Shown: positions 28,488 to 38,761, counted from the stretch's first letter. The stretch is DNA of 64,000 nucleotides from an uncultured Clostridia bacterium (GCA_947625195.1 CANQNK010000003.1:41890-105889), one strand, 5' to 3'. The notes: generated by a model not told the origin, from the letters alone. Numbers and translations are program-made.

Positions 28488-29495
28488 TTATCGTTTTACT
28501 AATTTAAATCTTTGAGAGCAGCAAAATTCCTCGCCGCACAAAAGCTCCTTATACCCAGAGGTTTCACTATCAAGCGTCAGGTTGGGAGCATTTATCATAG
28601 CCGTCATAGGTTCGGGGCAAAAGTAACCTTTATCTCCTGAATCGTTCCATATATTGTAAAACTTAAACTCTTCACTCACTTCATTGAGCAGAGCGATGCC
28701 GTTTGCGTCGTCGTAAACCACAGTGCCGTTAAACGGCTTGCCGTCATAGGTGTTGGGCACGGCAGTATACATATCGTTTTCAATGACTTGCCCGGTAGGA
28801 CGTTTTGTGCCGTTTTTGTATTCGATATCCCAGTCGTTAAGCTCTAAAAGACGCTCGGTCGGCAAAAACCTGTCGCTGAGCTCACACCTTTTGCCGATAG
28901 GAACACTTAAGCGCAATGCGCCTTCGTATGCTTTGTCAACAAGCGGAGCGTTTATGCAGGTGTGTGTGCATATTGATACAGGAAGCGCTTTTTTTGACAA
29001 ATTTTTAAGAAAAATTTTTTGGTAAAGTCCGTTCTTTGACAACTCAAACGCAACCGTAATTTTAAAGTCAACGTCAAAATACTTGTACATTTCGTCTTCC
29101 TTATTATATGTAAAGGAAGCGGACATTATCGCAGTATCGCCACTAGTTTTTATTTCGTTAATTTCATACGGGCGCTTGAAAACAAAGCCGTGAAGATAAT
29201 TTTGAAAGTCCGGCTCGTTTACCGGCATATGATATACGCTGTCGGAGGTTTTTATGATTCCTTTGTCATAGCGGTTCGGAAGATACATGGTCGGAAGTCC
29301 CCAGATAGCAGGCGCTTCTTTTATAGCGTCTATGGAAACATCGTCACGGTATCTGAAAATTTCGCAATTAAGCAAAATATTGCGAAGCCTTAAAACCTGG
29401 TTTCCGACAGGCGGACAGATTATCGCTTCATATCCGCCGGCACAAAGGCGAACGCAGCTTGTTTCTTTAAAAATTATTTTTTCAGCCTTTGTCAT
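28488..29495 (-). CDS. Aldose 1-epimerase (galactose mutarotase-like) family protein
   Basis: A 335-aa product with a mutarotase-fold-like sequence. It lies upstream of, and probably in an operon with, the GH94 gene. Confidence 0.7.
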   Translation of the reverse strand: MTKAEKIIFKETSCVRLCAGGYEAIICPPVGNQVLRLRNILLNCEIFRYRDDVSIDAIKEAPAIWGLPTMYLPNRYDKGIIKTSDSVYHMPVNEPDFQNYLHGFVFKRPYEINEIKTSGDTAIMSASFTYNKEDEMYKYFDVDFKITVAFELSKNGLYQKIFLKNLSKKALPVSICTHTCINAPLVDKAYEGALRLSVPIGKRCELSDRFLPTERLLELNDWDIEYKNGTKRPTGQVIENDMYTAVPNTYDGKPFNGTVVYDDANGIALLNEVSEEFKFYNIWNDSGDKGYFCPEPMTAMINAPNLTLDSETSGYKELLCGEEFCCSQRFKLVKR

Positions 29496-29543
29496 AAAAC
29501 TTCCTCCGTAAAAGTATTATTTGCACTTTTTTGCATACATTAA

Positions 29544-29572
29544 AGTATATCATATATTTATTTGATTAGCAA
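29544..29572 (-). promoter_or_regulatory. Promoter of the mutarotase-GH94 operon
   Basis: On the minus strand: TTGCTA (29567-29572), a 17-nt spacer, then TATACT (29544-29549) with a TGn extension. Confidence 0.55.
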
Positions 29573-29691
29573 GAAAATTTATCCAAATAAAAAATTTTTC
29601 CCTTAAAGATTTTTTGCGCCTTGCGTATAACATTTTGCAAACGGGGCAATATACTTTTAGCACAAAGGTGTGCGCTAAAGGAGGTATTGCT

Positions 29692-29901
29692 ATGTTAGAT
29701 AAGATAGCGCTGTTTCTGCTTATAGTAGGCGGGCTTAACTGGGGTCTTGTCGGTATATTCGAGTTTGACCTGGTTGCATTTTTATTCGGTTCGTCTACAT
29801 CGCTTTTAAGCAGAATCGTGTATATCGTAATTGCTGCGTGTGCACTTTGGTGCATTTCGCTGTACTTCAAGGAACACTCGCTTGTAAAGGCAGAGGATTA
29901 G
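29692..29901 (+). CDS. DUF378 family small membrane protein
   Basis: MLDKIALFLLIVGGLNWGLVGIFEFDLVAFLFG is the DUF378 signature. The ATG at 29692 follows AGGAGG. The product is 69 aa. Confidence 0.85.
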   Translation: MLDKIALFLLIVGGLNWGLVGIFEFDLVAFLFGSSTSLLSRIVYIVIAACALWCISLYFKEHSLVKAED

Positions 29902-29939
29902 TTTACTTGAAAAAGCCTGTGCAATGACGCACGGGCTTG

Positions 29940-30026
29940 AAGAAAAGAGAGCTTTTTGCATAAATTTCATTGAGGATCGGGTTTTAAGCAATGTTATCTA
30001 TGCGCTGATAAAAGCTCTCTTTTCTT
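29940..30026. repeat. Perfect 17-bp inverted repeat separated by 53 nt
   Basis: AAGAAAAGAGAGCTTTT (29940-29956) is the exact reverse complement of AAAAGCTCTCTTTTCTT (30010-30026). An inner GCATA/TATGC pairing extends the stem. Confidence 0.75.
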
Positions 30027-30174
30027 TATTATTATCTGAAAGTGATTTACGTTTCAAAGCGATTAACAACCTTGATGCAAGCTTATTATTGCCACTTTTG
30101 CACAAATTGTATTAAGGAAATTTAGGCATATTGCCAATTTGTTTTGAACAAAAAATGAATTTTTAATTAAAAGC

Positions 30175-30203
30175 TTGACTTTTCTTGGGCGGTATACTAT
30201 AAT
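30175..30203 (+). promoter_or_regulatory. Orphan near-consensus sigma-A promoter
   Basis: TTGACT (30175-30180), a 17-nt spacer, then TATAAT (30198-30203). No protein gene lies downstream on this strand for more than 8 kb. Confidence 0.6.
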
Positions 30204-30209
30204 GCAATT

Positions 30210-30327
30210 GGTGATATTTTATATTTTATAAAATATCATTCGTTTTGTTGTCTCCTTTCTTTTGTTCTACACTTAGTTTTTTTATTTTATCTTTGCAGTA
30301 TCGTTTTTCGGTGCTGCTTATTTTTTA
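30210..30327 (+). ncRNA. Candidate small RNA of about 120 nt (promoter to terminator), family unknown
   Basis: A 5' A/U hairpin (30212-30238) is followed by a pyrimidine-rich stretch, TCTCCTTTCTTTTGTTCT (30251-30268). A terminator hairpin, GCAGTATCG/CGGTGCTGC (30295-30317), is followed by TTATTTTTTA. There is no credible ORF. Confidence 0.35.
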
Positions 30328-30435
30328 TACCCACAGTTTAAAATAAATTATCGTTCGATCACTTTATTATATAGTCTGCCGTTTGGATAAATTTATTTTC
30401 AGGAAAATTTGACAGGCAATATTGATTCTGAACAT

Positions 30436-30469
30436 TACAAAAGCGACCAAGATCACTACTGGTCGCTTT
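30436..30469 (-). terminator. Intrinsic terminator of guaB
   Basis: AGCGACCA (30442-30449) pairs with TGGTCGCT (30460-30467). The minus-strand transcript continues with TTTTGT. Confidence 0.75.
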
Positions 30470-30530
30470 GCGCTTTATTGTGATTAAACTTTTGTAGCAG
30501 GGTTCATAATCGCCGTAAATTTACACTTAA

Positions 30531-32090
<1,560 letters not shown>

Positions 32091-32114
32091 CAGATAAATC
32101 GCAATAATATCCGG

Positions 32115-32152
32115 ATTAAAAAAAGCCGAAACATTTTTCATTTCGGCTTTAA
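32115..32152 (-). terminator. Intrinsic terminator of the rnf operon
   Basis: AAAGCCGAAA pairs with TTTCGGCTTT in a 10-bp stem, followed by a T-tract on the minus strand. Confidence 0.8.
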
Positions 32153-32156
32153 AAAA

Positions 32157-33011
32157 CTATGTAACTTTTTCCTGTACGGGGGAAGCGTCATGCGTTTGCC
32201 GCAGTTCAATTACTCCCATCTCCCGGCATAAGTCCCTGATAACGCCCATTTTGCAGGCATCCTTGCACTTTCCGCAGTTTACGCACTTGGAGTAATCTAT
32301 CCTTGCAAAGTTGTTTTCAACTTTTATGGCGCCTATCTCGCAAGCTCTTTCGCACATTTTACATCCGATACAGCCGTTCTTGCAGACAGAACGCGTTATT
32401 TTTCCTATGTCGGTGGACGAGCATTTTACCTCGTACCGAAGCTCTGCGGGGCGTATTTCTATGATGTTCTTGGGGCAGACATTCGCGCATTTTCCGCAGC
32501 CTGTGCACAGGCTTTTGTTTATCACCGATACGCCGTTTACTATGCTTATAGCCTTATTGTCGCAGACCTCGACGCAGTCGCCGTAGCCCAGACAGCCGTT
32601 GGTGCACATTTTGCTTCCCTGATAAAACTGAGACGCCGCCAGACAGGACTGCATACCGCCGTACTCAAACCGCCTTTTTGCACTGTCAAGTCCGCCGGAG
32701 CATTTTACAAAGGCAACATACCTGCTTTTTGCGGTAACCTCAATCCCCAATATCTCGCCTATTGCCTTTGCTGCGTCCTCGCCGCCGGGACGGCATAAAT
32801 TAGGTTCTTCACCGTTTTTCACTATCGCCTCTGCATAAGCATTGCATCCCGTAAAGCCGCAGGCGCCGCAGTTTATCTGCGGCAGGGCATTTTCTATTTT
32901 TTCAAGGCGCTCATCGGTCTTTACATAAAACACCTTTGCCGCAACGGTTAGCAGAATTCCCGCGGCAAGTCCAAGAGACGCAAATAATATTATCGGTAAC
33001 AGATACTCCAT
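32157..33011 (-). CDS. rnfB: Rnf electron transport complex subunit B (polyferredoxin)
   Basis: An N-terminal TM helix is followed by multiple CxxCxxCxxxCP 4Fe-4S motifs. It is the last gene of the rnfCDGEAB run. I set the start at the ATG at 33011, which follows GGGAG. Confidence 0.9.
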   Translation of the reverse strand: MEYLLPIILFASLGLAAGILLTVAAKVFYVKTDERLEKIENALPQINCGACGFTGCNAYAEAIVKNGEEPNLCRPGGEDAAKAIGEILGIEVTAKSRYVAFVKCSGGLDSAKRRFEYGGMQSCLAASQFYQGSKMCTNGCLGYGDCVEVCDNKAISIVNGVSVINKSLCTGCGKCANVCPKNIIEIRPAELRYEVKCSSTDIGKITRSVCKNGCIGCKMCERACEIGAIKVENNFARIDYSKCVNCGKCKDACKMGVIRDLCREMGVIELRQTHDASPVQEKVT

Positions 33012-33049
33012 TTGATATACTCCCATCTATAAGAAAATCAAGAAATCGT

Positions 33050-33634
33050 TTACTGCGCAAACAGTCCGCCAAAGCCCATAAAGCTGAGAGAAACTATGCT
33101 TGCCGCTATAAGTGTCGCCGGAACTCCCTTAAACATTGCAGGAACGCTGTCCGAGGAATCTATTTTTTGCCTTACTCCGGAAAACAGCAAAAGCGCGACG
33201 GTAAAGCCGACTCCTGTTCCGAGAGCGTTTACCATGGCCTCTAAAAAGCCGTAGCCTTCGTCGATATTCGTTATAGTAACGCCCAGCACGGCGCAGTTTG
33301 TAGTAATAAGCGGAAGATATACGCCAAGCGCTTTATAAAGCGGAGGCATTATCTTTTTTAAGATTATCTCGACAAGCTGAACGAACAGCGCTATAAGCAG
33401 GATAAACGCCACTGTCTTAAGATACTCAACATTAAGCGATTCTAAAAGCCTGTAAACGGGATATGTAACAGCAGTAGCACACAGCATTACGAAAATTACC
33501 GCTGCGCCCATTCCAAGACAGTTCTTTAAAACCTTTGAAACTCCGAGGAAGGGGCATATTCCCATAAATTGCGACAATACAATGTTGTTTACCAAAATTG
33601 CCGACAGCATGATTATCAGAAGATTTACCGCCAT
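33050..33634 (-). CDS. rnfA: Rnf complex subunit A
   Basis: A 194-aa, six-TM protein of the RnfA/NqrE type (VLSQFMGICPFLGVS). Confidence 0.93.
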   Translation of the reverse strand: MAVNLLIIMLSAILVNNIVLSQFMGICPFLGVSKVLKNCLGMGAAVIFVMLCATAVTYPVYRLLESLNVEYLKTVAFILLIALFVQLVEIILKKIMPPLYKALGVYLPLITTNCAVLGVTITNIDEGYGFLEAMVNALGTGVGFTVALLLFSGVRQKIDSSDSVPAMFKGVPATLIAASIVSLSFMGFGGLFAQ

Positions 33635-34297
33635 TTATATCCCTCCGTTTCTTAGCTTTTCGCACGACGCCATATTCGGACAGCCCTTACAGCCTATCTC
33701 CTTAGGCGGCTTTTTGTGCCTCAGCTTGTTTATGACCGCTATTATAATGCCCAGAGTGAAAAATCCTCCCGCGGGGAGAATGAACACTGTCATGGGCGAT
33801 TCGTTTATAAGCGGGATAGATAAACCGAATACCGTTCCGCTGCCTAAAAGTTCTCTTACTGTACCCATTAAAGTCAGCGAAAGTGTAAATCCAAGTCCCA
33901 TTCCAAGTCCGTCTAAAACCGACGGAACGACCTTGTTTTTGCTTGCAAATACCTCTGCTCTGCCCAGGATTATACAGTTTACGGTGATAAGAGACAGAAA
34001 TATTCCCAGACTGTTATACAGCGCCGGAACATACCCTTTCAGCAGAAATTCAATAAGAGTTACAAAGCCTGCGATAATTACTATGTAACAAGGAAGCCTT
34101 ACCGCGTCGGGTATTATTTTTTTAAGAAGTGATATTACTATGTTTGAGCCTACCAGAACAAAGGTGGTGGCAAGTCCCATTCCTATTCCGTTTGAAGCCT
34201 GTGTGGTCACAGCAAGCGTGGGGCACATTCCCAAAAGAGTAACAAGCGTTGGGTTTTCTTTTATAAAGCCTTTGGTAAATTCCTTTAAATTACTCAT
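33635..34297 (-). CDS. rnfE: Rnf complex subunit E
   Basis: The RnfE/NqrD-type sequence includes NPTLVTLLGMCPTLAVTT. I set the start at the ATG at 34297. Confidence 0.93.
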   Translation of the reverse strand: MSNLKEFTKGFIKENPTLVTLLGMCPTLAVTTQASNGIGMGLATTFVLVGSNIVISLLKKIIPDAVRLPCYIVIIAGFVTLIEFLLKGYVPALYNSLGIFLSLITVNCIILGRAEVFASKNKVVPSVLDGLGMGLGFTLSLTLMGTVRELLGSGTVFGLSIPLINESPMTVFILPAGGFFTLGIIIAVINKLRHKKPPKEIGCKGCPNMASCEKLRNGGI

Positions 34298-34808
34298 AAT
34301 GCCGCACCTCCTTATCTGCCTGCAAGGCAAGCTTTACAGCAGTTTTCAATCCCTTTGACGAAAACGTAGCGCCCGTTACGGCATCGGCATCGTCTGCCTC
34401 GGATTCGCTTTTTATTCCGACATATGTTTTAAGGTAGTCTTTATTGTTTACCTTGGTTCCAAGTCCCGGAGTTTCAGAGCATGAGATAAACGATACTCCC
34501 TTAACCGCTTTGTCCTTTATTCCCACCAAAACGTGTATACCGTCCGAATTGTAGCCGTCGGTGGTTATTTCATATACGGTAAGACCGCCTTCGCCCTCTA
34601 TTATTGTGTCAACTCCTTCAAACGTTTTGTCCGTTTCGGTGTAAGTACCCTCTCCGAAAGCCGAGGTAAGCGTTTCGTTGAGGGTTTCCTTATTTATTTG
34701 TTCAACTCTTTCCTTAGTGGCGTCGTTTGCAAATATCAGCGCGCACGAAATGATTGTACATATTACGGTCAAAACGAGCGGCGGCATTACGGTGTTTTTT
34801 ATACTCAT
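34290..34808 (-). CDS. rnfG: Rnf complex subunit G (FMN-binding)
   Basis: An N-terminal TM helix, plus an FMN_bind-type C-terminus with the flavinylation motif (SGATFSS-like: TGATFSSKG). The start at 34808 forms an ATGA overlap with the rnfD stop. The longer ORF-track form overlaps rnfD. Confidence 0.85.
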   Translation of the reverse strand: MSIKNTVMPPLVLTVICTIISCALIFANDATKERVEQINKETLNETLTSAFGEGTYTETDKTFEGVDTIIEGEGGLTVYEITTDGYNSDGIHVLVGIKDKAVKGVSFISCSETPGLGTKVNNKDYLKTYVGIKSESEADDADAVTGATFSSKGLKTAVKLALQADKEVRHYE

Positions 34809-35740
34809 TGTCCGTCCCTCGCTTTCTTTAATTTCTTGGCGCCCAGAGGTCGGGTTTTTGTCGCCATATCTATAAACGGTGTAAGAATGTTCATAAACAG
34901 TATAGCAAAAGAAACTCCCTCCGCCATTGAGCAGTAAAATCGTATAACGCAGGTGATAATTCCGCATCCGATGCCGAAGATAAGCTTTCCCCATCCAGTC
35001 ACCGGAGTTGTTACATAGTCTGTCGCCATAAATATTGCTCCGAGCATAACGCCGCCAGAGAGTATCTGATACAGCACGTCCTCTCCGGCAAGAAACGAAA
35101 ACAGTGCAACCGTTCCGATAAAGCACACCGGCGTAACAGGAGAAATTATTCTAAGCGCAATAAGATAAATTCCTCCGACAATAAGTGCCAGAGCGCAGAC
35201 CTCTCCTACCGTACCGCCGCAGTTGCCCAAAAACAAGTCAAGATATCCCGAGTTTTTCGCAACAAGCGGCGTAGCCCCGGTAACAATCTCGCTGCTCTTG
35301 TAATAAAACGGCTTGACCCATGTGGTCATAGCGCTCGTGAAGGAAAGCATAAGCACAATTCTTCCTACAATAGCGGGGTTTGCAAAGTTTTTTCCAAGTC
35401 CGCCGAAAAGTTCCTTTACCACTGCTATCGCAATAAACGAGCCTATTGCCGCCATCCAGAACGGCAGCGTTGCCGGAAGATTAAGGGCAAGCAAAATTCC
35501 CGTTACTACCGCCGAAAGATCGTTTACGGTGGTGGGCTTTTTTCTAAGCATACAGCATAGCGCTTCCCACACAACGGCAGTTGCCGTTGTGACAAGTATA
35601 AGCAAAAGCGCCCTTATTCCGAAGATCACCGTTGCCGCGACAATGCTTGGAATAAGCGCAATAATAACGTGAAGCATTACCTTCTGAGTGGTTCTTGCGC
35701 TCACCCTGTGCGGCGAGGAATATACGTTTAAATTTTCCAT
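34805..35740 (-). CDS. rnfD: Rnf complex subunit D
   Basis: A 311-aa polytopic protein of the RnfD/NqrB type. Confidence 0.93.
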   Translation of the reverse strand: MENLNVYSSPHRVSARTTQKVMLHVIIALIPSIVAATVIFGIRALLLILVTTATAVVWEALCCMLRKKPTTVNDLSAVVTGILLALNLPATLPFWMAAIGSFIAIAVVKELFGGLGKNFANPAIVGRIVLMLSFTSAMTTWVKPFYYKSSEIVTGATPLVAKNSGYLDLFLGNCGGTVGEVCALALIVGGIYLIALRIISPVTPVCFIGTVALFSFLAGEDVLYQILSGGVMLGAIFMATDYVTTPVTGWGKLIFGIGCGIITCVIRFYCSMAEGVSFAILFMNILTPFIDMATKTRPLGAKKLKKARDGQ

Positions 35741-35757
35741 CTGTTCAACTCCTTATG

Positions 35758-37038
35758 TCAGCGAGGCATTAAAAGACGCTTTGCAAGCTGATTGGTCTCA
35801 GCCAGCTTTCTCTTTGCAGGGCACACATATGTGCAGCTTCCGCAGTTCATACAAAGATTTACCTTAAGCGCCCTTAATGCGTCGGTATCGTTTTTCTTGT
35901 AAGCCGCTTCCATTTCGCACGGCATAAGCTTAAGCGGACAGGCTCTTATACAGCTTGCGCATCTTATACATTCGGTCTGAGGGGCAATTTTCTGCTCTGT
36001 AAAGGCAAGAACCGCGTTGTTGGTTTTGGTTATCGGGGCAAAGCTGTCAAACGCGCACAGCCCCATCATCATTCCGCCGAATATGATACGCTTTGTCTTT
36101 TCCGTATCCACCTTGCAGTAGGAAAGCAGCTCGTCGGCTATCGTGCCTATCGGAACGATCAGATTCTTAGGCTCTTTAACCGTTTCCCCGTCTACCGTTA
36201 TGCGTTTGCTCACAAGCGGAACGCCCGTCTTGAAATACCCTTCTAAAAACGCAACTGACGATACGTTCATAACTACCACGCCGACGTTTGAAGGAAGCTC
36301 ACCTTCTTTTACAATTCTCTTTACTGTGTTGTAAATAATTACCTTTTCCGCACCCTGCGGATATGAGGATTTAAGCGTATGCACCCTGATATCGGTGCAG
36401 CCCGAAAGCCTGTCGGATAAAAGCTTAATAGCCTCGGGCTTGTTGTTTTCAATAGCAATTACCGCATTTTTTATTCTAAGAGTGTCCTTTACAAGGCGTA
36501 CTCCGCCTATAACACCGTCTGGGTTTTCGATCATTTCCCGGTAGTCGCTGGTTATGTAAGGCTCGCACTCGGCAGCGTTTATTATAAGAGTGTCAACAGG
36601 CGTTTCATTAGGATCGTAATTAAGCTTTATGTGCGCGGGAAAGCCCGCTCCACCAAGTCCGACAAGACCGCTTTCTCTTACCGCCTTTATAAAATCCGCT
36701 TTGGTTCTGACCTCTGGCTTTTTTACTTCCGGTGAGAGGCTGAACTTGCCGTCAGACTCAATATCAATGCAGCTTATTACAGAGCCGTTTGACACCAAAA
36801 GCTGGCTGAAGCCCGTAACCTTTCCGGACACCGATGAGTGAACGGGGCAGGAAAATCCCGCGTCGCTTTCCCCTATTTTCTGCCCGACCTTCACCTCGTC
36901 TCCCTCTGATACCAGCGGCACAAGCGAAGCGCCCATTCCCTGACTTAGCGGAATTTTTACCGTTTTCGGAAAGAATCTTTCAGATCGGCAGTCTTCGGTG
37001 TTTTTAGAATGCTTGATAAAAATTTTATTCAGTCCCAA
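35758..37038 (-). CDS. rnfC: Rnf complex subunit C (NADH-binding, 2x[4Fe-4S])
   Basis: GLVGLGGAGFP is the nucleotide-binding motif, and there are two C-terminal CxxCxxCxxxCP clusters. The start is ambiguous. The ORF track's GTG at 37047 abuts the GAGGAG RBS, whereas the TTG at 37038 has a 7-nt spacing. Confidence 0.9.
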   Translation of the reverse strand: MGLNKIFIKHSKNTEDCRSERFFPKTVKIPLSQGMGASLVPLVSEGDEVKVGQKIGESDAGFSCPVHSSVSGKVTGFSQLLVSNGSVISCIDIESDGKFSLSPEVKKPEVRTKADFIKAVRESGLVGLGGAGFPAHIKLNYDPNETPVDTLIINAAECEPYITSDYREMIENPDGVIGGVRLVKDTLRIKNAVIAIENNKPEAIKLLSDRLSGCTDIRVHTLKSSYPQGAEKVIIYNTVKRIVKEGELPSNVGVVVMNVSSVAFLEGYFKTGVPLVSKRITVDGETVKEPKNLIVPIGTIADELLSYCKVDTEKTKRIIFGGMMMGLCAFDSFAPITKTNNAVLAFTEQKIAPQTECIRCASCIRACPLKLMPCEMEAAYKKNDTDALRALKVNLCMNCGSCTYVCPAKRKLAETNQLAKRLLMPR

Positions 37039-37050
37039 AATACACACTCC

Positions 37051-38091
37051 TCAGATTATAGTTATTTTATTGCTATTTGCAGCAGAAAGAAAGTTGTCCT
37101 TCGTTTCTCGTGAAACAAGAATCTCTCCGCTTTCACATACAGCGACGACCGCTATACCGTCTTTTCTAAGGCTGTCAATTCGCTTTAAAAGCTCGTCTTT
37201 GCCCATAATATAAATCGCGGTAGATAAAAAGTCGCTTAAGATCCCGCTTTTGCAAACAACGGTAACGCTTGCAAAATCGCTCTTTGCCGGGTACCCCGTT
37301 TCTGGATCCAGAATATGAGCATACTTCTTGCCATCGAACGTGATAAACCTTTCGTACCCTCCGCTTGTGGATATAAACGTATCTGACACGCTTAGCTTTC
37401 CTATCGTTTCGTCGCTGTCAAACGGGCTTTGTATGTCAACCGTAAAGGTCTTGTCCTCACCGTAAAGAAGCACTGACGAGCCCAGGTCTACCACGGCGCT
37501 TTGAATTTCTGAAGGGGCGAAAAGTTCTTTTACCATGTCAAGAGCATAACCCTTTGCAACCGCGCCAAGCTCAATTTCAGTGCTGCCGGAAAGCAATATC
37601 TCTCCGTTATCAAGCGTTACGTTTTGTGTGCCGACGCTTGACAGCTCAGCGCGTATCTGACTGTCATCGGGTACGCTGTCACCGCCGTCTGAAATGTTCC
37701 AGAGATAAACCAGACCGCCTACGGTTATATCCGTATACCCGTATTTTTGATTAAGCTCAATAGACTTTTCTATTATTTCAAAAAGCGTTTTGTCCTCAGA
37801 TCGGCGTCTTGAGTTGAGAAACGCAAGAGCCGAGTCTTTTATAAAACCGTTGAGCTTTTTGTCAAGAGAGCTTATCATATCCTGAAAGTCCGGCAAAAGA
37901 TTGTCCGGCTCATCGTAAAGTGTAACTGTTCCGGCTGTGTCAAAGGCAAAAAAGTTATATACTGTTTTTCTGTCTTTTGTAAAAACGGACAAAGCAACCA
38001 CCGCCAGTATCACCAAAGCCGCCGCCGACAGAGTAAGGATCAGTCGTTTTAGTTTCAAAAAATACCCCCTGTAAAACGGTTGTAATTTCAC
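37051..38091 (-). CDS. apbE: FAD:protein FMN transferase (ApbE family)
   Basis: The ApbE motif region (ELGAVAKGYALD) is present, with an N-terminal membrane anchor. It lies directly upstream of rnfC, whose RnfG and RnfD partners need flavinylation. Confidence 0.85.
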   Translation of the reverse strand: MKLQPFYRGYFLKLKRLILTLSAAALVILAVVALSVFTKDRKTVYNFFAFDTAGTVTLYDEPDNLLPDFQDMISSLDKKLNGFIKDSALAFLNSRRRSEDKTLFEIIEKSIELNQKYGYTDITVGGLVYLWNISDGGDSVPDDSQIRAELSSVGTQNVTLDNGEILLSGSTEIELGAVAKGYALDMVKELFAPSEIQSAVVDLGSSVLLYGEDKTFTVDIQSPFDSDETIGKLSVSDTFISTSGGYERFITFDGKKYAHILDPETGYPAKSDFASVTVVCKSGILSDFLSTAIYIMGKDELLKRIDSLRKDGIAVVAVCESGEILVSRETKDNFLSAANSNKITII

Positions 38092-38149
38092 TTTAAAAAT
38101 GGTACAATCATTAAAACAGCAAAACTAAGCCGCAAAGCTTTCCGGAATT

Positions 38150-38761
38150 TTATTCAAGGCTGTCTTTAAGCATAATTTCCTCCGCGTGCACAAGCATGGA
38201 AACAAAGCTTTTATACTCCTCTGGGTAATCCTCAACAAGCGAGTTTATTGATATTCTTGCGCAGCTTAAGTCTTTTTCATTGCTGAAGTCGCTTAGCGCC
38301 TTGTCGATATCGAGTATGCTTGAAAGCAGCTCGCGCTCATAGCATTCCCCTACTGAGAAAAAGGTTTTGGGATTTTCGGGATTCTTATCAAAAATGCAGC
38401 GAAACAGCTTGTAATAAAAAAGCGAAAACCAATCCTTTACCGTTTTCTCAAATTCCTCATTACCGATCGACTGGGCATATGAAAGAATAACTCTTTCACA
38501 CTGCGAGTACACGTTTTCAGCCCGGATGGGGCGCTCCTTAAACAAAAGAGATTCGTGAGGCGAAACGCACAGAAGCAGATCGCAGGATACGCCGTAGAAC
38601 TCCGAAACCTTTTTCAAAAACGAAACGGTACATTCGCGCTTTCCGTTTTCGTAGTTAGAAAGTAAGGGCTGCGAAATGTTGAGCGCCTTGGCGACCGCTT
38701 TCTGACTGAGATTTCGCTCGTGTCTGAGCATAGTGAGAATACGAGGAAAATTTGATACCAT
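38150..38761 (-). CDS. XRE-family HTH transcriptional regulator with an uncharacterised helical domain of about 140 aa
   Basis: The N-terminal HTH_3 reads LRHERNLSQKAVAKALNISQPLLSNYENGKR. I do not recognise the C-terminal domain. Confidence 0.8.
   Translation of the reverse strand: MVSNFPRILTMLRHERNLSQKAVAKALNISQPLLSNYENGKRECTVSFLKKVSEFYGVSCDLLLCVSPHESLLFKERPIRAENVYSQCERVILSYAQSIGNEEFEKTVKDWFSLFYYKLFRCIFDKNPENPKTFFSVGECYERELLSSILDIDKALSDFSNEKDLSCARISINSLVEDYPEEYKSFVSMLVHAEEIMLKDSLE

Noticed and set aside
29924-30115. A 63-aa plus-strand ORF and a 61-aa minus-strand ORF (29806-29991) downstream of the DUF378 gene
   Set aside because: Neither has an RBS. The plus-strand ORF spans the 17-bp inverted repeat. 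The minus-strand ORF overlaps the DUF378 gene.
30219-30260. A minus-strand mini-ORF (MIFYKI, six codons) preceded by a perfect AAAGGAGA
   Set aside because: No gene lies downstream on that strand for it to regulate, and the spacing is 11 nt. The apparent RBS is more simply the complement of the CU-rich segment of the plus-strand candidate sRNA.
29902-30530. Whether either gap of about 600 bp (also 25298-25950) encodes a large structured RNA (OLE, ROOL, GOLLD, raiA-like)
   Set aside because: Both gaps are AT-rich, and I could not find extensive GC-supported long-range pairing beyond the elements already reported. I cannot recall consensus sequences well enough to claim a match. A covariance-model scan would settle it.
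34809-35126. An N-terminal extension of the rnfG ORF (the 278-aa version in the ORF track)
   Set aside because: The extension overlaps the 3' end of rnfD in another frame and is Arg/Cys/Tyr-rich nonsense. The internal ATG at 34808 gives a normal-length RnfG with a TM helix and an ATGA overlap with the rnfD stop.
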